From positions 8,308,001 through 8,372,000 of the forward strand of contig NC_135260.1 in assembly GCF_964204865.1 (NCBI RefSeq): DNA of 64,000 nucleotides, given 5' to 3'. Position numbers and translations under genes: made by a program. The notes under the pieces were generated by a model, which was not told where the DNA came from, did no database searches, and saw only the letters and a program-made list of their open reading frames with translations. Within the stretch, counting starts at the first letter, position 1, and each line of letters starts with the position of its first letter. Shown here piece after piece: positions 1 through 10,744 of this stretch. This DNA is from Styela clava. Lineage: Eukaryota.

Positions 1-317
1 TCGACATTATGTCGTGAATTTAATTTATGTCAAACATTCCAAGTGCTCCTTGTTTATGTCTGCACTATAGCATACGAAATAAAATAGTATTTAATTCATG
101 TGATAAGTTTATTTACTATATGAACAATTTTTATATAATATTAATTAGTATATTCGTCATGACACCGAGTGGGATTGACGCGATAAATTTGCTTTAATAT
201 TCAAAATAAGAGTGCGCATGTTCAAGTATTTGTCGTGCATAAAAGTTATCCAGCTTGCAGCATACTGACTGTAGATTATTCCTCACTCCAGTATTGCGCA
301 AGGCTAAAATTTGATAG

Positions 318-3300
318 TTACTTAAAATAGAAATAGCCAGCTATGGAAAGAAGACCGACAAAAAGAGTGAGGATTATTTTCATTTCTTTTTTCATTTGCA
401 AAAATACCGGATTCTCTTTCAAATAATCATCCAATAAGCTGGCTCCCTTATTTCTGTGAGGAAACTCAACTTCAGGTATAGGCTTTCCGAGAAATTTGCA
501 AAGAGGATCCCATCCTTCGCTTAGTGTGAACTCGATAACTTGATCTTTTGGTGCTCTCTATAGGAAAAAATGAAACACAGGTGTAAGGTTCGTATATTTC
601 AAAAATGGTAGAATTAATTAGGATAAAAGTAATTTTTGTGAATGAATCCGCACAGGAATCCAATAAACGTTCAAGTAAAAGAATATAAGTGGTGGTAGAT
701 TTTCTGACTGCGTATGTCGTTTTAAAACATACTATTGACGCAAAAGTCATAAACATCGCGGGGTGTGGCGTTTGCAGAGCGGCTAGAAGCACGTCTGAGA
801 TCCTACAAATTCCAACATGATTATTCTTAAATTTCAGGACAAAGTTGGCATTCACATTTTTAAGCATGGCACATCGCTTCACTTGGTATATTTCGTGCAA
901 TGTATAATATCAAGTGTTTAAATTGAGCATATGGAGCGGTGATATAAACATATTTTTGCTTTATTATCCTCACAAAAAAGGTGTAATTTAAATTACACCA
1001 ATAATAAACCAATATACAAATACCGTCAAAACTGAAGTATTATGATCACGATATCTCTTTTTCGCCACAGTTGGACTTATTCCTTGGTATGCTTCATACC
1101 ATCTGTGAGGGCGAGCGCCGAATGCAATTCGACCTAAAATAGGACAATGCAGTCATGGCGTTACATCAATTTGCTTTCTTTCCAAAAAAATAAAAATATT
1201 TGATGCAACAAATGAAATCGTGAAACATGCTGTTCTAGTGTGGTTATTAGGGATGGGATGAGTCCGGTATTACAGGGATTCGACGAATCCGAGTAATAGG
1301 CCATGGACTCGAATCCGTGACGTCACAATGGAAACAACAAAAAACACGTTTTCGACTGTGTTAACTTCGTATTTTCTTGCCTAAGCGCCGTAAGTACCTA
1401 ATGAACTATTTTAGAAGTATATTTTTCTTCTTCGGCCGCAATACCAAAGCCGAATTCAGGACAATGTTTGTCTTGGCTGTGAACTTGCTTCAAGGTCCAC
1501 CGGCTTTCGTTATCCCTAGCGGCGATTCAGCACAGATGATGTTCTAATGCCGTCGTTACGTGACCGTCTGAACCCAGGATACGTCGGAATGCTTTTGTGT
1601 CAATAAAAAAAACACGAGATTTCGACTACGACTCGACCCCGTAATTGCAGTAAGTTTTAGCTGTAGTCTTACCATATCGGATCCGCAATTGGTAGCGAGA
1701 TGTCACTCGTTACTTACTTACTTACTTACTAATGTTTCATTTTTACGTGGATCAAAAACTCAAACACACTGCACCAACTTATACGGTACTTCTCCATATA
1801 TACGTACACCAATGAGGATAGGCTATATATATGATTTACTAGGGAATTTGGGGGTAGATATTTCAGTTTGGGTGGCGTCAACATTCCTAAAAATAGCTTT
1901 TACCTTGCGTCATTTTATTGGGATATCTGTCGTCGTTTTCTATTATATTTCATAGATTTATAAAGCTAAAAAAACATAACGAAGGCGTCAATTAATAAAA
2001 ACAAAATGGACTGAGGACTCGGTAAAAATGACGTGGACTCGAAATCGAATCCGAGTCTGAAAAATGCGTGGATTCGAATCCGAGTCCGGATCCGAATCTC
2101 GGCCCATCCCTAGTGGTTATGTAGGGATGGGACGAGTCCGGTATTACAGGGATTCGACGAATCCGAGGAACAGGTCATGGACTCGAATCGAATCCTCCTA
2201 ATCCGTGACGTCATAAACTGAAGAAAAAAAATCACAACAATGTGCGCTCACTAACATGAGTCGATCTCGTAATTTTTTTGCCAAATAGTGCCGTAGGTAG
2301 CTGCTGAACTATTTTAGAAAGATATTATTCTTCGAAATTTGGGGTGCAATACAAAAGCGAACCTATGACAATGGCTGTCTTGGTTTTAAACTGGCTTTCA
2401 TCGCCTCCGTTAATTCTAAGCGGCTATTTAGCACAGATGCTGTTCTAATGTCGCTATACGTGACCGTCTGAACCGGAAAGAGGTCAAAAATTTCGAAATT
2501 TTTCTATGTCAATACGAAAAACACGATTTTGACTAGGATGCGTCTCCATAATTACAGATAGTTTTAGCCGTAGACTTACTATGTCGGTCCCGAAATTGGT
2601 AGAGAGATGTACAAACATACATGTACATGAGATGCCACTCGTCAATACAATGTGATACATTTAATAGGACTTCAGTAGCTGTGAAGATCACTCGTTTTAT
2701 GATTTGACTGCTTGGAGTTGTTGATTAACTTCGCTCTGATCGGAATTTTGTAGCTTTTAGCAAAAATCTCAAATACATTGCTCCGACACATACTTGTTCA
2801 TATATACGCCAGTATGGTTAGGTTATATGATTTTTCGTAAACGGCGGCAACATTGTTATATGTAACCAATAGTTTTCGACTTGCGTCATTTTATCTGGAT
2901 ATCTGTGGTAGTATGAAATTTTATAGTAGCCTATATAGTATATACTATGTACATACCTATGTATGTTTTTCAAGCATCGAATCTTGGGTTCAACTATATA
3001 TAGTTTGTACTGAGATTTATTGAGGTATTTTACATAACGATGACGTTAATTAAAGAAACAAAAATGATTAAGGATTCAGTAAAAAAAATGACGTGGACTC
3101 GAAGTCGAATCCGAGTCCAAAAAATGCGTGGCTTCGATTCGAATCTAAATCTCGGGCCATCCCTCTTATTTTGCGCTGGTGGGGATGAATTTTGATTACA
3201 TGTTAATCCTTTCTTACCAACGTGATGACTGTACTGCATGATAGAATAAGCAGTCGGAGAAAAGCAAGAAAGTAACTTCATCAAATAATTGTCTGCTACG

Positions 3301-5016
3301 CTTTTTGCCTGTTTTTCCCAACTCTTTATCCAATCTTCCTCATCTTTCCGTCGCATGAAAATTAGCTGAGAAAAGATATATGCTTCGTAACCTTGCCAAA
3401 ACTAGGCCGATTTCATAATATAAATAGATTACGGAAATTGAGAAGTTCCCGAACTTTGACCGCGACGAATACGCTATGATACGTGACTTCGTTCACATGG
3501 GGGATTACATCAGCATTTAGAATTCCGGGAAATAGGCGTCACGTATCAAGTATTTCGACCCTGATAAAATATCGTCTGACATAAAATACTTTTTAGAATG
3601 AGCGTGTGTTTACCGCCACCGATATAATATCATGCGACTCCATGCAAGCTAATCATAAAGGATATTCGTCCTATTTACATGGAGATATTTAATTTTCGCC
3701 TTCTTATTATATAGCACCTGAAATCAGCTACTTCAACAAATTTGAATAGAATGAACATTTGCAATCGAAAAACAAACTCGATTCGGATAATAGCATGAAA
3801 TGTTGTCGTTCCTTAATATTCTATATGTTATTAACTGACCCTCGATGTACGTCCGTTGGGATTCATAATGAATGTTGCATAAGGTAATATCGAATATGGT
3901 GATATAATAAGGCTATAGCTTGTGGAGTTAATTCCCATGTATTAGATGCCTCATCGTTTTCGATTTAGTCTACAGCGTAAATAATTTAAAACATAAATAA
4001 GTCAAATTGAGGAAGCGTTCTTAAGCAACTGGGGTGGCACAATTTAGATCAGGGGTCGGCAAACTACGGCCCGCGGGCCAGATCCGTCCCGCGGAACAAT
4101 ATAATCCGGCCCGCAACGCTTCACTAAATTATATTAACAAAACAACTGTATTGACGATCATATTCTTTACGTAACAGAATTTGTTTTAAGAAACTAAATT
4201 ATATTATAACATAACAAGTATATAATTCACAATCACTCGTTTAATGAGCCTATAAATTGATTATAATTGGACAAATGGCAACAGAGCGTAAAAAGGTGAT
4301 GCTGAGTGCAAACGGTTTAATGCCGCAGGAAATATACAAATGATCAGTCTTTGCGTGTTGCTTGAAATTTAACTGAAATCTGTTGGAAAAAATGTGATTC
4401 ATTGGCCATTCCCTCGGTTTTTAACTTTCTAAAAATATGTGCGGCCCACCAATGGCTTGCAACCTTTTATTTTAGCCCGCGAAAGACAAAAGTTTGCCGA
4501 TCTCTGATTTAGATCATTCATTTGTCTTCTAAACATGAATGTAATCAAAAGATTAAAAAATTCTCGCAGAATTAGTTTCTGCCAGGAACAGGATTGTGGA
4601 TAAGCAAATGCAACGCTTGCATAAAAACTGCGGAAATAAGAGGTAATGTCGACAGTCGTTCTTTTGAACTATTTTTTTCTTTCAATTTTTAGCTTTAATT
4701 TGAAAACATTTGTCGCCAATATCAAAACAATAGCCGTATAGAGTAATATATATTTGTTTCATACTTTACAATCCGGAAAAGCCTCCAAAATTTCTTCCCA
4801 AAAAATGACGACCGGAATATCCATGGAGGCATCAACATTTTTATACATTCGATAAAAGTCTTCTTTTGTTCCTCCTTTTGTGAGAATCTTTATCCAATCG
4901 TTTCGCAGATAGTAAAAATTATCTTCATAATCATAAATGCTGTATCCAAGGATGCGAAGAGCAGAATTCATTGTTTTTGTTCCCGTTTTGGAAAACCCGA
5001 CAACTAAGACCTTCAT
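318..5016 (-). CDS. Sulfotransferase-domain protein (Sulfotransfer_4/P-loop-like), ~249 aa, 4 exons, C-terminal transmembrane anchor
   Basis: Exons 5016-4765, 3365-3218, 1133-1024, 557-318, all GT-AG and phase-consistent. Translation MKVLVVGFSKTGTKTMNSALRILGY...DIPVVIFWEEILEAFPDCK|LIFMRRKDEEDWIKSW...|...RYRDHNTSVLT|RAPKDQVIEFTLSEGWDPLCKFLGKPIPEVEFPHRNKG...IILTLFVGLLSIAGYFYFK*. GxxKTGT loop and EGWxPLCxFLG motif are characteristic of the family. Confidence 0.88.
1248..2112. mobile_element. Non-autonomous hAT (Ac-like ends) element, copy 1
   Basis: Termini TAGGGATGGG...CCCATCCCTA; perfect 8-bp TSD GTGGTTAT at 1240-1247 and 2113-2120; subterminal CGAATCCGAG repeats. Confidence 0.88.
2122..3165. 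mobile_element. Non-autonomous hAT element, copy 2 (same family as 1248-2112)
   Basis: Starts TAGGGATGGGACGAGTCCGGTATTACAGGGATTCGACG, colinear with copy 1 over several hundred bp, ends GGGCCATCCCTC; no clean TSD. Confidence 0.8.
4050..4506. mobile_element. hAT Buster/Charlie-type MITE
   Basis: CAGGGGTCGGCAAACT...AGTTTGCCGATCTCTG; TSD ATTTAGAT (4042-4049, 4507-4514); GGCCCGCGGGCC subterminal motif. Confidence 0.88.
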
Positions 5017-5133
5017 TTTTTATTCGGATTTTGCTTACTAGAATTTACTATATAATATATTTGAAAGACACCATATTTGTAAAAAAAAGTACAATCAATA
5101 CTAAGATACCGAGAGCTTTGCTCCAACCCATTT

Positions 5134-5245
5134 GGGACCTCCAGAATGATGTGCACCGAGATGGCGCACAACCTGAACATAGTAGTTGTACCAGGTTAGG
5201 GTTCAGGTTGTGCGCCATCTTGGTGCCCATACTTCGGGAGCGCCC
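5134..5245. repeat. Palindromic (foldback) MITE with internal GGTTAGGGTT
   Basis: GCACCGAGATGGCGCACAACCTGAAC / GTTCAGGTTGTGCGCCATCTTGGTGC inverted arms; related sequence at 36538-36613, 27066-27260 and 35460-35515. Confidence 0.7.
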
Positions 5246-7282
5246 CTATTTGAAGCCGTAACTATGAACTATTAATGAAACAGCATGAAGTTGGATCTAT
5301 TTTCCTCGTCCATATAATATATACATCTGAAAATTAGAACTCACTTTATGCTGTCTCGTTATACATATGTATTTAAACATATCAATTTAGGCAAATTAAC
5401 GCTGCCGAGGAATCGTCAATCAATCCGACCAGTCTCTTTCTGATATTTAAATAAAAAGAAAACCACCTACATCCAACACTAATGGAGGGCAGACACATTG
5501 CGAAATATATTACTATTTAAAGCATTAAATTGCAACAGTCGTAAAGTGCCTACCCCCTCCATGTAAACATACATGCAGTGGTAATTGTTTGCCTACGCTC
5601 TTTGCACGTAACTGTCATTAATCTATATACGTATTTCAGCAAGCAAGCGCGTCTCTCTTTCATGTTTGCCAATCGACATTTTATCAGAATTGTAAGTTTC
5701 CAAATGACTGTTTACTTTGATCATACAAATTTTATCTGCAGAGACAAGTTACAGTAAGGATGGTACCGTTGTGAGGTTAAATATCTTAGGTTAACCCTGT
5801 TTAAGAACATCCGAATACTAATTTCAACAACTATGTAAAACATCAATATAACTAGACGATGTCCAAACAGGTAAGAACACAGCTTGGTCAGTCATACTTT
5901 GACTGAGTTTGTGGCTGTGCATATGACTATTAAAGTGTATGTTCGGGAATTATTTTACAATGTTGACTTTTCAAAGATATGACAGTTGTAAAACATTTTT
6001 GCGGTGTGCAATGATCCATGCAGCGGTGTATTTGCTTTTTACTTGGTTACCCTTATTTACTATTGGAATCTAGCCACAAGAGCACGGATGTGTTACCGCT
6101 GAATTATATTACAAACCATTTTATATATTAATTTAGGCCAACAGCTGTGTAATACTTCAGGTAGTAACACGTTAATTTAACTATACTTCAACAATGTCAG
6201 TACTACACCTAAAGTAAATAACACAAGTTATTTGAAAGGCACGCCCTAAAAACGTCAATCATATTGGAAAACTTTCTGGTGCCTCATAATACAGGAATGA
6301 ATAAAGCACAATATCTAGTTGTTTTAATAGAAAAAATTATACACTGCGCCGCTAGCTGCGGCTACAAAACTGTTTACTTTTTGATATATTCGTAGAACCT
6401 GGCAAACCAACTTTCAAATAAAAAAATTTTTTATCAACTGTAAAAGTATTCTTTAGTTTAGAAAACATAAAACTTCATTTTTCCTTCATCCCTTCACTAT
6501 TATTCTCTCCCGGACTTCTTTTTTTTATTATGCTTATTTCAACACATATTTATGATTGGCTACACAATATTATTAGTTTATCATCTTCAAATACCTCAAG
6601 GCGATGTGTAGAAATGAAGAGGACTTGCTGATGAACGATTACGCAAAAGCAAACTCACTTGACCTTGATAGAGTATTTATTATAATTCAGTATTTGAACG
6701 CTCGCGTGATCACAAACATGACGGTGAATTACAGTGTTGTGCAACGGAAGTTCAATGACTCGTCGAACATTGCATAAATATGTTCCCCGTAGCTTCTAAT
6801 TTCTTCGAAACGCTAACTTATTATAGTTTTGATGGGTAAACAAGATTGGTGGAAATACATTTCCTGACGGCTGACATTTTAGTAAAGTAAATTCAAATGA
6901 GTATGTTTTTGAGTAAGTTCCACTTCCGAGTGACTGACTACTCGCTCGTCGCTTGATATAAACATATCGGTATGATTTGGAGCGAGCATTATAGGGCTTT
7001 CATCTGATTAAAACTTACGAACCAGACGTTCAGACGATGCTTTAAGCTTCTATTATTTTGTCCCACATTATAGAGTATATGGGCCATGAGTTTGTATTTT
7101 AGATTGACAAAATGAGAAAACAAGTTTTTAGTAATTCTACGCAATACTTGTGATGCAAACAACTTCTGAAGTTCCAAAAACATTCAAATAAAAATTTCTT
7201 GATTATTGATATTCTATTGAATATATATCAATCTTCAAACATTCCATCAGAAATGTTGGATACCACAGCCGTCTGTCTACAA

Positions 7283-7576
7283 CAGGGGTCACCAAACTTT
7301 TTTGACCGAGGGTCAGGTATGAATGACTATTTTTGTCAATGCAATACAATAAATTCACAAAAGTTGGGAAATCCATTCAATTTATTGCACAACATAAATT
7401 CTAACATTTCTGAAATCTCTAATATTATATTCTATATCGCAGAATATAGATCAAGTACATCATAGCAAAACATATATATATATAAAAGATTTCGCCATTT
7501 TTTCGTGTTATTACGGGTCAGATGATAGGACGACAGAGCCGGATCTGGCCCGCGGACCGTAATTTGGTGATCCATA
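7283..7576. mobile_element. hAT Buster/Charlie-type MITE
   Basis: CAGGGGTCACCAAACT...AATTTGGTGATCCATA; TSD GTCTACAA (7275-7282, 7577-7584). Confidence 0.82.
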
Positions 7577-7584
7577 GTCTACAA

Positions 7585-8339
7585 CAGTGATTTCCAATCG
7601 GCGTTCCGCGGAATACTGACATTTAGTGAACGACATTTTTTACTTGTTCCCGTCAAATTGTTTTTCTCATATTTGGTGATAACAATTGAACGAAGTAGAA
7701 ACCAAAAGTCACCAAACCCGTATTTGGCTTATGATGAGTTTGTTATTTGATAATAAAATCCACAGCGCTAATTCAAAAAATCTACAAATCTTGTCCAGAT
7801 GTTTTATAACATCATTCATAACATAAAAATATTTAGCCATTACTATTTGTCAGTAGTGATGGTTTGCCGAGGTTATTCATACCGCATAACGAGCGTTATA
7901 AAAATCACTCTTGCCACAATGAATAGATATTTGAAAATAAATAAACTAAAGAACGACAGATATTGAGAACTCATGTAGAAGAACTGTGTGTTTGTCCCTT
8001 TTCATTCCATGTTAAAATAAAAAGTTTGTACACACCGAGACATGCCCAGATATAACATTGAAATGTGATTGCTATTTCTATTTACTTGCAGCATGTTCTA
8101 TTGATATTTTAGTATTCTGTACCCTAAGTTATCAAAGTTTAATTCATACTTGAGCTCTATGTAGTCACGAATTAGAATTAGTTAGGTCTTTATGCTATTC
8201 CATATCTATACAAAAATTGAACGAGACTGTAATCAAGATAATTGGATCTTTCTTTTGCAAATAATCTGAATTTTTATTCGATGTTCCACAAGGAATTTAT
8301 GATAGTGTTCCGTGGACCATAAAAGGTTGAAAAGCACTT
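7585..8339. mobile_element. Older hAT MITE sharing the target site of the preceding element
   Basis: CAGTGATTTCCAATCGGCGTTCCGCGG...GTTCCGTGGACCATAAAAGGTTGAAAAGCACTT, flanked by GTCTACAA and ATCTACAA (8340-8347). Confidence 0.65.
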
Positions 8340-8551
8340 ATCTACAACACTCCACAAGACTGAAGTGCGCGAGATATAAACCGTCAGCTGGCAGTGAAGC
8401 GCTGCTATATTGAACTGCAAATTTTGAGTTATGGCGGCGGTTACTCCGTGGTTCAATTGAGATATTCCGCGAGCAACATTACGCTGTGTTCTTGTAGGAT
8501 TCTTCATTTATATTCTGGAAAATTGAAAAAAAATCCAATATGTATATATAT

Positions 8552-9390
8552 ATAGGGTGACAGAACCCACAAATTTACCAATTACGTGTACAAGAAAAAC
8601 TATATATATATTTATTTTGTTTTCGCTTGAACTCCTGTTTGTGTATGATTAAACCAAAAAGTTTCAGTAATTTCGGCCTGACACAAAAGTTATGTTATCT
8701 CTATAATATTTTCGAAATTACTTTCTTGGCATTGGAGACAGATTTTCACCCGGTGCGCAAAATTGTCAATCACTCACTTGATTTTGTGCTGAAGTACATC
8801 TTTCACCAGGAACTGTCAATAGCAAGTATATTGTATACAGGGAAACAGTACCTCCGAAAGAATTCTTTCAGGGACTGTTAGACTCAATAAATTGCACGAC
8901 GTTGGAAGACTTTTCCCAACATGGAATGGGCAATCGGTTCATATTGGTTTGAAGACGAAAATGGAAGAGCTCAAACGATGAATACAGAACGTTACCTGGC
9001 GCTGTTAAGGGAGTTCTGGACATCACGTGGACAATGTATAGAGATTGACTAAGATGACCAGTGTTTCCAGCAAGACGAGGCGACCCCCACGCATCAAATC
9101 ACACCCTTGACTGGCTGAAAAGGCAATTTCAGGAAATGAGAATAAGCAGTCAGTCCGTCGGTCACGTGAAGTGGGCGGCACCTCAATCACAATGTGTATC
9201 GAAAATGATTGAAAACATTTGTCGCCAATATCAAAACAATAGCCGTACAAAATAATATATAGTTGTCTCATACTTTACAATACGAAAAAGCCTCCAATAT
9301 TTCTTCCCAAAAAATGACGAATTAGAGGCTGCCATTGCAGCAGAAATCATGCGTGTATATGGGAAGGATGTCCCTATCAGCGTGTCCTGT
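8552..9390 (+). mobile_element. Decayed Tc1/mariner-superfamily transposon with pseudogenised transposase
   Basis: Begins TA-TAGGGTG after a TA run. From ~8930 translates IGSYWFEDENGRAQTMNTERYLALLREFW...FQQDEATP(fs)HASNHTLDWLKRQFQEMRIS...VKWAAPQS and later ELEAAIAAEIMR, matching IGPYFF/FQQDGAxxH/WPPxSPDL motifs; stops and frameshifts present. Boundaries approximate. Confidence 0.75.
9209..9320 (-). pseudogene. Duplicated fragment of sulfotransferase exon 1/intron 1 junction
   Basis: About 110 bp colinear, roughly 90% identical by eye to 4700-4811, including the GT donor. Confidence 0.85.
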
Positions 9391-9824
9391 ATTATTATTA
9401 TACATATATGTTAGCGGAGTAAGCCCCAATCTGAACTCCTCAAGAGAAGTCAATAAGCACAAAATATAATGTAATGCCAAATGTTCTTATATTGTAAAGT
9501 TGCACGATCGAATTGAATCCAAACAGATATATTGAAATATACATTTTTACCACAATACCAGCTATACGGGTGAATTCCAAGTCAATAAGAATGCACAAAA
9601 CAGGAAAAACACTATATTCTCAACTGTCGAATGTAGGCCACTCATCAGAACTCAGTCGATACAAAGAAAGCTCGACATAAAGAGTAAAAGCCTTTGCTAC
9701 GATAAATCACCATCAGGGAAATCGCTAAAATGACACATTCTCGTTAAATTCACATACTATTAATACAAAGAGGTTGAATAACATTAAAATCCATAGCGCA
9801 TTATTGCCACCGGGTAATATTTAT

Positions 9825-10001
9825 ATCGATGATAAATAAAGCCCAACCGGTGTTAGCAAAACGATTTAATTTGCCGACGTTCCGAACGACGTTTTTTTTT
9901 ATCCCTATCATGCCCTGTTGAAGTTTTTATGAATAGAAATTCTAAAAATCGGCAAACTAAATCGTTTTGCTAACACTGGTTGTACTTTGTTTATTATCGA
10001 T
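9825..10001. repeat. Foldback MITE
   Basis: ATCGATGATAAATAAAGCCCAACCGGTGTTAGCAAAACGATTTAATTTGCCGA mirrored by TCGGCAAACTAAATCGTTTTGCTAACACTGGTTGTACTTTGTTTATTATCGAT. Confidence 0.75.
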
Positions 10002-10744
10002 ATTAAAATCCATAGTTATGTTCCCCATTCCTTACACGCGCGAGTGATCAACAACTTTGCGCAACGGATGCAGATCTGTCTCCAATGTCGGGGAAGTCAT
10101 TTGCAACATATTCCTGAGATAATATAACTCTTGTGAAAAGCATCCTAGATTTTTGAAACTTTTGGGTACAATCATACACAAAACAGAAGTTCAACTGTAA
10201 ACAAAATTAAATAAGTTTACTCAATTTTATAGGAGTGAATAATAAATTCATGGGTTCTGTTTTATTATATCACCCTTACATTATTTATTCCTAAAGAAAT
10301 TAAAAATTGCATTTTTATTGCTTTGCACATGTGTTATAATGATAATTTACATAACTGGACTAAATATCTGGCAATGATATAACGCCCCTCAAAAGCCGCA
10401 GCAAGTTGAATAATATACCACTCACTTTGTTGCTGAATCGGATTTGAGAAAATCCACGTTTATTTACTTTCAGCCCACGTGCGAGAGTGAGAGAACGATC
10501 AAATAATTCCCATATATGTTGTATTATTCCATGACATCAAGGGTAACCACCGCTATCGATAACCAAAACTTTCGAAATGACGTCAAACGTTAATTAAGAA
10601 CATATGTATGTGTGTCATAGATAAAATAAATGTTGAGAAAAATGAAACCTATATCGTCTGCAATACTAAACTATTTTTACTCATATTATGACATCATGAA
10701 GATATTATCGAAGTTATGAGAATTGCATTTGTTGCACTTTGAGG

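Noticed and set aside
472-900. 142-aa ORF on - strand
   Set aside because: Mostly intron 3 of the sulfotransferase and overlaps exon 4 in the wrong frame; no motif.
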